A DNA stretch of 64,000 bases from positions 7,563-71,562 of IMG/VR virus record IMGVR_UViG_3300036391_000001; one strand, 5' to 3'. This document shows, piece after piece, positions 1 through 10,600 of the stretch (within the stretch, counting starts at the first letter, position 1; each line of letters begins with the position of its first letter). The position numbers were made by a program, and so were the translations under genes. Below the pieces are notes generated by a model. It was not told the origin of the DNA. It worked only from the letters and a program-made list of their open reading frames with translations, and did not search any database. The DNA is from a virus.

Positions 1-5
1 GCGTT

Positions 6-404
6 TTGGATGTCTCGTTTTTGCCGCCTGGGGTTGATATCCAAGTCGAGACGATCAACACCTCTGAAGCCCTTGCTGCTGGGGATTTCATAAACATCTA
101 CGATGCAGCGGGAACAAGAACCTGTCGTAAAGCCGACGCTTCTAATAGCCGCATGGCACACGGTTACGTGCTGGCAGCGGTCAGCTCAGGGCAACCTGCC
201 ACGGTCTATAAAACGGGCAAGAATTCGGGGCTGAGCGGTCGAACGCTTGGAACACCTTACTTTCTGAGCGCTGTAACAGCAGGAACCTCAACGGCTTCAC
301 CTTCTGCTTACCCAACGGCTCAGATCTTGCAAGTGCTAGGCTATGCCGACTCTACAACTTCAATTTTGTTTGAATTCGATCAGCCTGATTATCTTGATGC
401 CTGA
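6..404 (+). CDS. Phage structural protein (tail/capsid-decoration-like); true start may lie outside the window
   Basis: Small G/A/T-rich beta protein coupled to the tail-fibre gene; frame is open upstream of the TTG. Confidence 0.55.
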   Translation: MDVSFLPPGVDIQVETINTSEALAAGDFINIYDAAGTRTCRKADASNSRMAHGYVLAAVSSGQPATVYKTGKNSGLSGRTLGTPYFLSAVTAGTSTASPSAYPTAQILQVLGYADSTTSILFEFDQPDYLDA

Positions 405-1309
405 TGACCTACTACCCGACGCTAGTTAATGGATTGACACGGTGGCGAAAAGCGATCGCCGCTTCGTTGGGTGTAGCCGATGCTGACAAGCTGATCAAGA
501 CTAATTCCAGCGGGATTCTAGATGAAACCCTGTTGCCCATTTATCCTCTCAGCTTGATTGAGGGATTAGATCTGAGGATGGATGATAGCGGCAATCCGAC
601 CTATCTCAAGTTTGGGGCAGGTGTCGCTACTGTTTTGTCGGGCACAACCCGATACTTGGCAAGATCATCTGGCATCTTTTACAAAAATCTGGCTGCAACT
701 TGGAGTGCAGGAAGCAACAATGGTGGTAGGTTTGTGGCGACAGCCGTTGCTGCAAACCAGACATGGCACTGCTTCATTATTCGCAATCAGACAACCAAGG
801 CGATCGACTTTGGCTTTGATTCTTCGTTGACTGGCGCTAACGTACCGAGCGGCTGGAATGCGCGGATTATTGGCTCAATCATGACAGATGGATCGGCGGC
901 GATCCGCGCTTTCACTCAGGTTTGGGATACGGTCTACTGGAAAGACGAAGTTCAGGATTATCGTGCCTCCCTCGGAACAACCGCGACGGCGATTACCCTA
1001 ACCGTTCCTAGTGGCATGGCTCTAGAGGCGATCGTTAGACTTGCCTCTGGTTTGCCCACTTCGCCAAATACTAATGCAATTCTCTTATCTTCTTATTCCA
1101 TGACCGATGTAGCTCCAACCAGATTGGGTGGTGGAGCTGCATCGGTGGAGTCTGCTTACGTGGCGGGTGGGGTTGAGTTTGAGGCTTCAGTAGTGGAAAG
1201 AATTCTCACATCTGGACAAAGCATTAGAGCCAGGGCATCCTTCGGTTCCTATATTCATTTTCCGAGAATTGCGACAATCGGCTTTGTTCATCCAAGGGGG
1301 CAAGTCTAA
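404..1309 (+). CDS. Tail fibre-like protein
   Basis: WHCFII...DFGFDSS...P.GW..R.IGSI.TD...I..F.Q pattern typical of phage fibre domains. Confidence 0.65.
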   Translation: MTYYPTLVNGLTRWRKAIAASLGVADADKLIKTNSSGILDETLLPIYPLSLIEGLDLRMDDSGNPTYLKFGAGVATVLSGTTRYLARSSGIFYKNLAATWSAGSNNGGRFVATAVAANQTWHCFIIRNQTTKAIDFGFDSSLTGANVPSGWNARIIGSIMTDGSAAIRAFTQVWDTVYWKDEVQDYRASLGTTATAITLTVPSGMALEAIVRLASGLPTSPNTNAILLSSYSMTDVAPTRLGGGAASVESAYVAGGVEFEASVVERILTSGQSIRARASFGSYIHFPRIATIGFVHPRGQV

Positions 1310-1758
1310 TGGTCTGGGTACAAATTGTTGATAACGTATCGATCGGTTTTGCTAGAAACTACCCACCATCAGAGCTTGATGGATCTTATGAAGCTAACTG
1401 GATGGAGGTAGCCGAAACTGATCCTAGAGTTGAGGAAGCGCTGAATTATAGAGCGCCCGAACCGCCTCAGCCTAAATGGGACTTGTTTCGACAAACGCTC
1501 GCTCTTGATCCGGGCGTGAAGCGGGTTGTCACCACGAACAGCCTCACCATGTATCACTTCAATCAGATCACCGCTTTACTCTGGCAGGTAGGGAATAATC
1601 CGGGAGTGCTGACCGAAATTGGAACACAGTGGCATTTCATCATGGAGATTGAACCCTTGACTGAGGCAGAACGAATAACCATTAACAATGGACTCGCTCA
1701 ATGTCTCATGCCGTTTCGATTATCGGGAAAAAATGAGTTTGTGTTGGAGTTAGCCTAG
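1309..1758 (+). CDS. Putative tail-fibre assembly/chaperone protein
   Basis: Coupled directly downstream of the fibre gene; size and position only. Confidence 0.4.
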   Translation: MVWVQIVDNVSIGFARNYPPSELDGSYEANWMEVAETDPRVEEALNYRAPEPPQPKWDLFRQTLALDPGVKRVVTTNSLTMYHFNQITALLWQVGNNPGVLTEIGTQWHFIMEIEPLTEAERITINNGLAQCLMPFRLSGKNEFVLELA

Positions 1759-1764
1759 CTACTT

Positions 1765-2001
1765 GTGATCTTTCGATTTACCCATGCTCACGCCCAGGCA
1801 CCGCAATAGATTCAACGTTTCTGTATAGGGGCGATTTTCTTTGATCTGCCGCTCAACCGTCTCGATCCGCTGCTGATTACGAGGACTGGCGATCGCCTGA
1901 CATGGAACACGCTGAGCGACTTTATGGCTCAAGAATTGGACTATCTCAAAGCCGCTCTAGTCGGGACTGGATTCGATCCGGCGATCGTTGATTTGCCTTG
2001 A
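1765..2001 (+). pseudogene. Possible 78-codon ORF broken by an in-frame TAG at 1807
   Basis: GTG 1765 to TGA 2001 in one frame with a single internal stop. Confidence 0.3.
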
Positions 2002-2022
2002 TCTAGTTCAGCGTGAAAAGCT

Positions 2023-2124
2023 CCGATCAGTTGCTTCAGACTGCAACTACTCAAACTAAAAACGGCTGAAACTCCTGATATTTCGTCACTGTACCAGTTC
2101 GCTTAGTCTAGTGAGTTAGTCCAA
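2023..2124 (+). other. Putative site-specific recombination locus, copy 1 (degenerate left arm)
   Basis: AGTTGC-TTCAGACT-GCAACTACTCAA plus three downstream blocks shared with 3584-3709. Confidence 0.55.
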
Positions 2125-2500
2125 GCTTTTGGGCATTTTCAGAGGACGGCGATCGTATTTGTCATCGGAGTTAATGTACCCTGAAAACTTGATCGCCTTT
2201 CCTGAATTTTTATGGATGCACCGCAAAACACATTTGAAGCGATCGGCATTGGCAGCACGGCTCAGCTCACACAGAGGCAACGGGCAGCGGCGGGGATGTT
2301 TGTGTTTATAGGTGCTGCTCCTGTCCCTTTACCTAGCCATAGAGGAAGTGATAAATTAAGGATGAGACATACAGGATGATCAAAAAAAGGATAGAGCCGC
2401 TCGCCCCCATCCTTCAAGGCTTCTTGGCTAAATAGAGAGCCTTCCCGGCTGCACGTCGTACAGAGATTTCCTAATTGAAGCTTTGTTTCTGGAGGTTCAT

Positions 2501-2884
2501 ATGTCTAGAATTCTGATTGTTGATGATTTTTTAGATAGCCTCTTATTTGTAAAAGCACTTTTAGAAAGCGAAGAATATACCGTAGATATTGCCACTAGCG
2601 GTTTTGCAGCGCTCGACCTACTTGAGGAGTTACGTCCTGATGTTGCCCTATTAGACATTTTTCTGTCCGACATGATTGGCTATACCGTCGTTGAACGCAT
2701 TCGCCAAAATCCGGAGCTGTCTGAAACCCGTGTCGTGCTAGCAACTGCCTCATCTGTTCTAGATAAGTCCGAGGCAATGGCATCGGGCGCTGATGCTTTT
2801 TTGCGGAAACCATTTGACTCAGACCAGCTCTTAGCGATCATCAAAAAGCTGTGTAACCAAAAGGCTAAGGGGGTAGAGACATAG
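2501..2884 (+). CDS. Stand-alone response-regulator receiver (CheY-like)
   Basis: ILIVDD, LLD (phosphoacceptor Asp), AT/A, FLRKP motifs; GGAGG RBS before ATG 2501. Confidence 0.92.
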   Translation: MSRILIVDDFLDSLLFVKALLESEEYTVDIATSGFAALDLLEELRPDVALLDIFLSDMIGYTVVERIRQNPELSETRVVLATASSVLDKSEAMASGADAFLRKPFDSDQLLAIIKKLCNQKAKGVET

Positions 2885-2999
2885 GGAAAAATCTCTTCAC
2901 TCTAGCTCTGCAGCCTGCACCAATGTGATGACGTGAGAAGATACCTCAAAGTCATAGTATGTGAATAATTACCCATAAGCCATCAGTAGGTCTTTTGCT

Positions 3000-3371
3000 A
3001 TGGAAAATTCACATCCTTGCTACATCTTGGTTGTAGATGATTTAGCAGACAATTTGGTATTGATAAAAACTCTTCTAGAGGCAGAAGGGCACAGAGTAGA
3101 TGTTGCAGATAGTGGCGCTCTGGCTCTGGCAAAAATTGAAGCTTCGCCCCCAGATCTAATTTTGCTTGACCTGATGATGCCAGACATAGACGGCTTTGAA
3201 GTAACTCGGCGGCTTCGGCAAAATGACCAGTTCTCCTCTGTTCCAATCTTGATAGTTACGGCTGATCGGATTGTAGAAGAGGAACAAGGGTTGGAGATTG
3301 GAGCCAATGGCTTTATCCGTAAACCTGTTGATTTTGATGAGCTACTAAAGAAGGTTGAAGCGTTTTGTTAG
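3000..3371 (+). CDS. Stand-alone response-regulator receiver (CheY/DivK-like)
   Basis: ILVVDD, LLDLMMPDIDG, VTA, FIRKP motifs. Confidence 0.93.
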   Translation: MENSHPCYILVVDDLADNLVLIKTLLEAEGHRVDVADSGALALAKIEASPPDLILLDLMMPDIDGFEVTRRLRQNDQFSSVPILIVTADRIVEEEQGLEIGANGFIRKPVDFDELLKKVEAFC

Positions 3372-3430
3372 GCAAGACTTCTCCTCAAGTATTACTACAG
3401 GTCAGAGTGCGATCGCCCCTCTCCTAAGAG

Positions 3431-3463
3431 AAACCCCTTAGAACTTGATGTTCTAAGGGGTTT
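3431..3463 (+). terminator. Hairpin terminator after the receiver genes
   Basis: AAACCCCTTAGAAC-TTGAT-GTTCTAAGGGGTTT, perfect 14-bp stem. Confidence 0.7.
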
Positions 3464-3583
3464 AGTGTGTTGTGCTCAGACTGTCATGGGGTCGAGCTGA
3501 GATACGTTTAAAATAGTGCCACGGATCTTGAAAATGCTCACTATGCTTGCATTCTAGCCGTCAACTTCCCTAGTAGTTAATAT

Positions 3584-3709
3584 CTTGAGTAGTTGCTTTA
3601 AAAGGCAACTACTCAAGCCTGAACCCTATATTTTCGGTTGGGGTGTGTGCCAGTTGGCTAACGAGAGATGTAGTGTTTCAGGTTTTGTAGTGAGCATACT
3701 ACAGTCCAA
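3584..3709 (+). other. Putative site-specific recombination locus, copy 2 (perfect 13-8-13 core at 3584-3617)
   Basis: CTTGAGTAGTTGC-TTTAAAAG-GCAACTACTCAAG followed by blocks collinear with copy 1. Confidence 0.6.
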
Positions 3710-3853
3710 TCCTAGTCCAGTGATGTAGTACGCCTTGCACTGTGACAGTTTGCAGTTGACAGCGACGCTTGATTTGCGCTAGTCGATCGCGCCCTTAAAA
3801 TCCGCAGAGGGTTGGGGATTTGGGAACTCTGAAAAAAAGAGCTTTGAACTTCC

Positions 3854-6670
3854 ATGTGGACGATCGCTAATCCTCAGCTGACCACTTTGACCCGCCCTGG
3901 CACCGGAGCAATTTGCAGCGTGGCCCTCAATCAATCGCTGGTACTCACCGAAGTTGATTTTGATGCAGACTGGCGATCGGCTGGCGTGGTTGCCAATCAT
4001 GATCCGGTTAGTGTGCTGCTGGCAGTGGATGGAGATGTGATCGAGATTGCAGCTGAGTCTGAGCTGGTGGGTGCAACTGCTGTGATTGTCGAGGGCAGGG
4101 TTTTCACGATCGCCGCTGATTTGGACAATCCCCAAGAAGGCGAGTTCACGCCCATTTTTGCCGACTCTGCTGATACCGGAAAGCTCGGCATTCAGCCTTT
4201 AAAACAAATTAGGTTGCATACGACCCAACCGATCGCGGGTAAACCTGCGGCGATCGTGGCTCAAAAGAAGCGCCCATCCATCCCAACCAACCTGGCAGCG
4301 CCTAATATTCTGGACGCGCTCAAAGGGTTACCGATCACGGGCAAGTTTAATTGGAGCCTCAGCATCGAACAGCATCCTAGCGGCAGCTTGCAGCTTGCCG
4401 TCGATCGCCCTCACGTCAACCAAGTGCGCGATCGGCTCAAGAAGGGCACCGAGCTAGAGGTTTTAGGGATTGGTTTCAGCGTTTCCAATATTCAAGAAAA
4501 GCTAGAAGTCGAAGGCTATTACACGGTTTCCGTTTCGCTCACAGGCAAGTGGGCGAAGCCCCAGTACAATGATCCGGCGTTTCTCCATACCCCTCGTCGC
4601 CGCAACTCACAGCAGCTCAACAATGAGCCACAAATTGATTCAGAGTGTGGAGTTGCGCCAAACTCTATTCCACCCTTGAGGCAGCGCCCTCGCTGGGTTT
4701 CAATCCCAGAATTAGCCTCTAGAGTCGGCGTGATGTTTCAGCCGACCCGTGGAGCAACCAATGTTGGAACGACTACCAGCCTTCGCAATCTGTCAGGCGC
4801 TTGGGTTGTTGAAGTTCCACCGGACACCCCTCGCGATGCGGCACGGGCCTGGAGCGCTGATGTTGTTCAAATTGCTAGGCTGCACGGCTCGATCTTGGAT
4901 TGGAGTCATGCGGGTAAAGTAACCACTCAGGCGATCGAAGCAGGACGGCTTTGGAATTATCAGGTCGAATCGCTCAACACCACCTATCAGGGCGATACGC
5001 TTCACTCGCCTAACCATAAAGGCTATGCCGCTGAATTCAAAAATGCTCAGCTAACGGGCACATTTGTTGCTGAGAACCTGATCATCAATTCCGATAGGCG
5101 GAAGGGTTTGCCTCAAGCCAAATGGAAGCCGCGCACTCCCAAAAAGGTAACACTGCGATCGGGCGATCTGACCTATGCCTCACCTCCTAGCACGGTCAAG
5201 TTCATCCGCACGATGAGCCAGAATTTTGACGCATCGGGTGACACAAAAACGCTGCATATCACTACGACGATCGACGGTCAGCCGTTTGAGGAGATTGAGT
5301 ACATCTATGGCTTCAGATTCCAGGCTGAAGATGTGTTTACATTCGATCTGATCGTTAATGCTGGGGTCTACTACACCGAACCAAAAGATTTTTGGGGCGT
5401 GGTTTCCTACAAAAAGAAGGTTTACCGCTACGACAAGAGATATGGGTTTCCGCTGGGCCATGTCACGAAAGGATGGAAATATCTACGGTTCAAGCAGGAA
5501 AGCGATGAGCTGGAGACGCTAAAGCTGTTTGACCCCAACGACCCGATCGACCAGCTCAGCCGCGATCTGTATGTGTTTGAGAAAGTCCCCATTGTGGAGC
5601 GTAGCCTAATCAATAACGTTGCCTTCCGGGACTATTATGCTGACGCTGAAGAACAGTCGGCATGGGTGCCCTACAAGCATTGCAACCCGGACGGCACAAG
5701 TGAAACTCGCTACGTGATTGATCCAACCTGGGCACCGACCTGTTTTGCGATCGGCGATCTGACCTACAGCTCATGCTTCAATGTGAAGCCCAACCCAGAC
5801 CTGATACCGGGTGAGATTTATGAGTATGCTATCAACGACATCCCACCCAAACCGTTTGTGATTGCTGGAGATGAATCGATTACCAAGAAATCAATCCGGC
5901 TGCGACCTGCCCGACCTGCCGGAATCAACATCCCGCCACTGACTGCGGATCAGTCGGCTATTCTGTTCGATCGCTTCACTGAGCGCAATCTGCAGGATTC
6001 AGCCACCAACAACTACAACAACAAAGCTGTGATTGAAAGCTTTGCTGAAAACGAAGGACGACCTAGCCCAGTGAGCCGCAAACCGTCACTGCTGGAGAAA
6101 GTTGATCCATCTCAGGATCAGGCGAACAAAACCAGTACACTCAATTCGACCACGCATCAAAGCATCCGCTTCACCGTTTGCACTCCCGGCTATACCTGGA
6201 GCGATCCGGTAAATGGCAGCGTGAGCAACGGGCAAGCTCACACTCTAGACTTTGCCTTTACAGCGGTGAAAACTGACTTGAGGCTGCAAGATATGCAGCA
6301 GTCGGTTCAGCATTCGTTTGACGTGCCTTTCAATGGAGCGCTGCGACCGCTCGATCGCATTTCCCTAACCGCTCAGGGTGAAAATCATTCGGTGATCGTC
6401 ACCAGCGTTTCCAATAACCTGACGATCGAAGGACGCTACGGCAAAATCCCAATCATCACCTGGGAGCCAACGCAGGTTCAGGCAGGAATCGATCGGGAAA
6501 TCCCGGTAGTGCTTTATAAAACGCTGCTACCTGCCCCTCCCCAAGGTCGTCCTCAGCCTCAGCCTCCAGCAGAGCAAGACCCCAAAGCTCCTAACAACCC
6601 TTATCCGTGGGACATCACGCACCAACAGCTTTTAGGCAAAATCTCCCCTCGTTCAAGAGGTAATTTCTGA
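3854..6670 (+). CDS. Large phage tail/baseplate-associated protein (938 aa), family not recognised
   Basis: Long ORF in the tail region, beta-rich, Pro-rich C-terminus. Confidence 0.5.
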   Translation: MWTIANPQLTTLTRPGTGAICSVALNQSLVLTEVDFDADWRSAGVVANHDPVSVLLAVDGDVIEIAAESELVGATAVIVEGRVFTIAADLDNPQEGEFTPIFADSADTGKLGIQPLKQIRLHTTQPIAGKPAAIVAQKKRPSIPTNLAAPNILDALKGLPITGKFNWSLSIEQHPSGSLQLAVDRPHVNQVRDRLKKGTELEVLGIGFSVSNIQEKLEVEGYYTVSVSLTGKWAKPQYNDPAFLHTPRRRNSQQLNNEPQIDSECGVAPNSIPPLRQRPRWVSIPELASRVGVMFQPTRGATNVGTTTSLRNLSGAWVVEVPPDTPRDAARAWSADVVQIARLHGSILDWSHAGKVTTQAIEAGRLWNYQVESLNTTYQGDTLHSPNHKGYAAEFKNAQLTGTFVAENLIINSDRRKGLPQAKWKPRTPKKVTLRSGDLTYASPPSTVKFIRTMSQNFDASGDTKTLHITTTIDGQPFEEIEYIYGFRFQAEDVFTFDLIVNAGVYYTEPKDFWGVVSYKKKVYRYDKRYGFPLGHVTKGWKYLRFKQESDELETLKLFDPNDPIDQLSRDLYVFEKVPIVERSLINNVAFRDYYADAEEQSAWVPYKHCNPDGTSETRYVIDPTWAPTCFAIGDLTYSSCFNVKPNPDLIPGEIYEYAINDIPPKPFVIAGDESITKKSIRLRPARPAGINIPPLTADQSAILFDRFTERNLQDSATNNYNNKAVIESFAENEGRPSPVSRKPSLLEKVDPSQDQANKTSTLNSTTHQSIRFTVCTPGYTWSDPVNGSVSNGQAHTLDFAFTAVKTDLRLQDMQQSVQHSFDVPFNGALRPLDRISLTAQGENHSVIVTSVSNNLTIEGRYGKIPIITWEPTQVQAGIDREIPVVLYKTLLPAPPQGRPQPQPPAEQDPKAPNNPYPWDITHQQLLGKISPRSRGNF

Positions 6671-6858
6671 TGGACTTCACCCGCCGCACCTTAGATGAAC
6701 TGGTAGCCTTGCAAGAGGCAATCTATCAAGCCCAACAGACCTTGATTGAGGTACAGAACGCTGGCGCTCAGATCAGCATCACACCACCGAAGCAGAACAC
6801 GATTATTCTGAGGGTAGGCGGATCAACAACGAACGGGCGATCGGTGAGGTTCCAATGA
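6670..6858 (+). CDS. Small hypothetical protein
   Basis: Overlapping start/stop with both neighbours. Confidence 0.55.
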   Translation: MDFTRRTLDELVALQEAIYQAQQTLIEVQNAGAQISITPPKQNTIILRVGGSTTNGRSVRFQ

Positions 6859-7514
6859 TGACTGATTTAACTGACAAGCAAAAAGCTGTGAACTGGGAAA
6901 CTCTAAAGCACATCGAAATGGTGATGCAGCTTTTAGCGACGATGCAGAATGAGATTGCTCGTCGGATGTTCAGTCACGATCGCTCAAAGCTTACCTCTCC
7001 AGAATTGGAGATGTTTGAGCAGTTTACAGATAAATTGGCTGGGCTAACTTACGGCAGCGAAGAATATGAAGCCTGTCGTCAAGAGATGCTGAAAACGGCT
7101 CTAGGTCATCACTATGAAAACAATAGGCACCATCCAGAGTTTTTTGTAGACGGCGTTGAAGGTATGAACCTAATCGATTTGATCGAAATGGTTTGTGATT
7201 GGAAAGCTGCTACACTTCGACACAATGATGGCAATATTTTCAAAAGCATTGAATACAATGCCAATCGGTTCGGACTCTCTCCACAGTTAGTCAAGATCAT
7301 TTCCAATACCGTGCCTCTTCTACATAGTGTTTACGGCAGAAAAACGCAAAAACATCTAAATGACTACTGGCACTGTCTAGCTTGCGGGGCAGGAGACATG
7401 GAAGGAAACTTCTGTTGTATGTGTGGAGCAGGAAAGCATGATTTTGATGCCGTGCTAGAACCCTTGCCTTCGATCGATGAAATGGCTGGGATATTGAAGG
7501 AGAACAAAGGGTAA
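6855..7514 (+). CDS. DUF5662-like (HD-type metal-binding) phage protein with C-terminal Zn ribbon
   Basis: HDRSK, HHYENNRHHPE, EMVCDW motifs; CxxC...CxxC tail. Confidence 0.7.
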   Translation: MMTDLTDKQKAVNWETLKHIEMVMQLLATMQNEIARRMFSHDRSKLTSPELEMFEQFTDKLAGLTYGSEEYEACRQEMLKTALGHHYENNRHHPEFFVDGVEGMNLIDLIEMVCDWKAATLRHNDGNIFKSIEYNANRFGLSPQLVKIISNTVPLLHSVYGRKTQKHLNDYWHCLACGAGDMEGNFCCMCGAGKHDFDAVLEPLPSIDEMAGILKENKG

Positions 7515-7554
7515 TAAGCAGGTTATTACCCTTCGCCCCTCTGGGTATACTACG

Positions 7555-7636
7555 TTTAGTCGTTCTTCCTCCTTTGGGGTGACTAGGTTAAGTTGCAAAA
7601 AGCCTGCCGAGATTGATACCGATGGCAGGCTTTTTG
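7555..7636 (+). ncRNA. Candidate small RNA with anti-SD loop and terminator
   Basis: TATACT at 7546; TAGTC/GACTA stem with CTTCCTCCTTT loop; AAAAAGCCTGCC/GGCAGGCTTTTT terminator at 7597-7635. Confidence 0.4.
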
Positions 7637-7697
7637 CTGAGCTTCAAACGCCGATCGCCCATTGGGAACTGTAGGGACGTAGCTCAACAGCGCCCCA

Positions 7698-10600
7698 ATG
7701 AGAATCCAGTTTGCTTCCGGCTTACCTCAACTCCCTTTTAGTTCAGACAATCTCAGCGTGATCAGCGGCTCTACAACCACCGCCCGATCGCTCTACTTTG
7801 CCATTCTGGGAGAGAACCCGGCAGGATTCAACCTGCTCAGCTCTATCATTCCGGCGACTATTGGCGTGGGTGCAGGAGTAACAATCACCATCCCCACCAC
7901 AGCGCACCCGGCAGGTTCGTTTTGGCAAAACTACATCATTGCGGCATCCACCACGAACACCCCTAGCAGTCTCGTTCAACTTGCCAAAATCAGCGCGATC
8001 GACATCGATGGCAACCCCCGCACCCTGCCCTTGAGCATCACCCTGGATGAAGAGGAGATGTTTGCCTTATCCAGCACGATTGCCACTCCAGACCCACTCC
8101 CAGAATTGCCCCTCAACGGAATGCTGAGAGCGATCGCCTCTCTCAGCGGCAACGTGTTTGAGTACGATGAGAACTCATCGCTGCCTCCCAATGACCTGAC
8201 GGTGATTGCGGCGATCGCGGGTAACTGGGTCTACAAACCCGGCAACTTTTCCAGCTATGTTGAGCTAACAACCGATGGCGGCGGCTGCGATCGACCCTTA
8301 GCCGACATCCCTAGCACCCTGCAACGTGCCCCCCGCTACAGCCCTTCCGGCGCGGCTGGCACGAAGCGAACGTTTTGGATCGTCAATACGGCTGAGGAGG
8401 ATATTCCGGCTGGCTTGCGAGTTAAGGTCATCGTCTCAGTTGATGGTGCAGCTCAGGACTCTGAATTTGATGGGCTGTTGGCAGTGCGCTTCAAGGGTTA
8501 CGCCAACACGGTTACAGGTGCATTAAGGACGCTCGACGGCGACGGCATCGAATTCCCAAACCTAAACATAGAGCGGGATTACCAAAGCGGCAAATCAGAC
8601 CTTATCCTGCCTGACGACCTGGCAACCAACGAAGCTTACACGCTGGAAATCTACCCAAAATTCAGCCTGATTGCTGCACAAAATAAGGTTGCAGACGGCT
8701 CCCTCATCTCGATTGCTCTTGACCTGTTTGAAGAGGCTGGTGTTTACAGTGAGCTGGGTCAAGCGCTGGGTGACTGGCTCTACCCTACCGACGATCGCGG
8801 CTACATCGTTCCTGATGATGGGCTTGCTGCCATTGCCCTAAAGCGATCGGGCATCGTTGCCTCGACTAGCTTCCTCAAGGTGGGCGCATCCCCGCTCTAT
8901 GAACTGGATATCAACACAGCCAACCAGAAAGCGGCAATCAACGGCGATGGAGCAATCTATCTAAGAGATGGCGACCTGCAACCCGCCGAAGCACTCAGAG
9001 CGATTCTAGGCACCGTTGCCGGGGACAGCTATGCCTCTGCCTGGAGTCTGCCTGTCACGGTTAGCGGCACCCAAGCGGTTCAAATTACCTGCACCTATCC
9101 GAGCAACGGCACCACTGCCACGATCCGAGCGGATTACCCCGATGCAATCGCCGGAGTTACAGGCAAGGCTAAATTCAACCCCCCGCTGGTGACTCTGTTC
9201 TTGACGGACGGCACGGAGATCCGCCGCTTTGAAGGGTTCAGCGTGGTAGATGGCGCGACACAAAACTTTTTAATAGACAATTGGAACTCTGGGGTTCTAA
9301 TTGAAGATTTGCCTGATCCGGCTGCAAACTTTAGCCTGTTTCGCCCAGAGGGAGCGACCGCGATCGCCACTGCAACAGGCAATATTCCGGTAGGCGAAAT
9401 TCAGGCGGCATTCTGTTTTACCTACACAGGCGAATCCCTCACCAGCATCTCTCATGCTGAAGCTGACGGCTGCATTCACGAAGCCAAGCTTACCCTGGCA
9501 GAAATGGAAGCGGCTGCCCAGAGCTGGAGTACACCCGTTGCTGAGAGTGGTATTGTCGATATCCCACAAGGGGCGATCGTCGCATGGCAAACCCGGCGCA
9601 CCACCAGCGGCAAGCCGATTGTCTATAGTCCCGTGTCAACAGCAGAGCATGATGGGGTGAGCGTATGGAAACCCGCCTACAAGCTGGATTCCGACCCTGG
9701 CAGGTGGCTCGTCGATAACACTCAAAAAGTGTTGCTCACGGGCGAGAATCCCCCGACCAGCGGCGACGGCAGCGAAGGAGACATCTATCTCCAGATCGCT
9801 TCACCCGACCTGTTGATCTGGCATAAGGATACGGCTTTGGATTGGGCGCTCGTCCAAACCATCACCGCACCCACGGGCGCACCAGGGCAAGCCTATACCA
9901 ACACTACGGCAGCATTCATTCAGCCAGCAGTCAACGCAACCGTCACAGTCTCGCTCGCGGCTGGGCAGTGGATCGCGACAGGTGCAACGGTATTTGTGGA
10001 ATCGGCTGGATATTATCAAGTCGTTACCCCCGGCTCAACCAGCGTCGTGCTACGAAATCTAGGATACAGCGCCAATGCTGCCCCCTCAACCAACATCTTG
10101 ACCAATCGTAAGATCAGCGCATCCGGCACCGCTGGGGCAACCGGATCGATCTCAGATGCCGATCGCCTCATTCTCAACCTGATCAGCACACCTCCAACCG
10201 TTGCCGTCGATCAAATGGCAGTGTTCAATCAGGGCGAAAAACTGAAGCTGCGTAAGGCTTCTGATGGGGTGATCCAGACGATCGCAGTTCTAGAAGCCCC
10301 TCAGACCTTCACCAAAGCTCAGTCAGTTCGGGCTGTCTCGCTGACACCTGGATCAACAGTGGCGATCGATGCCACGTTGGGCAATACTTTCGCTCTTAAT
10401 GTCAGTCAAACAACCTTAATTAGTAATCCCACGGGCTTGATTGATGGCGGCGTTTATTATCTGCGGCTGAGGCAGTCGGGAGCGGGTAGCTATGCAATCA
10501 CGTTTGAGGATGCCTGGGTATGGGAGCTAGACACCCCTCCTAATCTGGTTACGGCTGCTGATCGCCTTTGGGTGATTGAAGCCAACTCAGACGGCTCTAA

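Noticed and set aside
2924-2940. CRP-like site TGTGA upstream of the second receiver gene
   Set aside because: The second half-site does not match TCACA
3779-4135. Numerous short overlapping or antisense ORFs in the track (example shown)
   Set aside because: They overlap longer, better-supported genes and have no recognisable motifs
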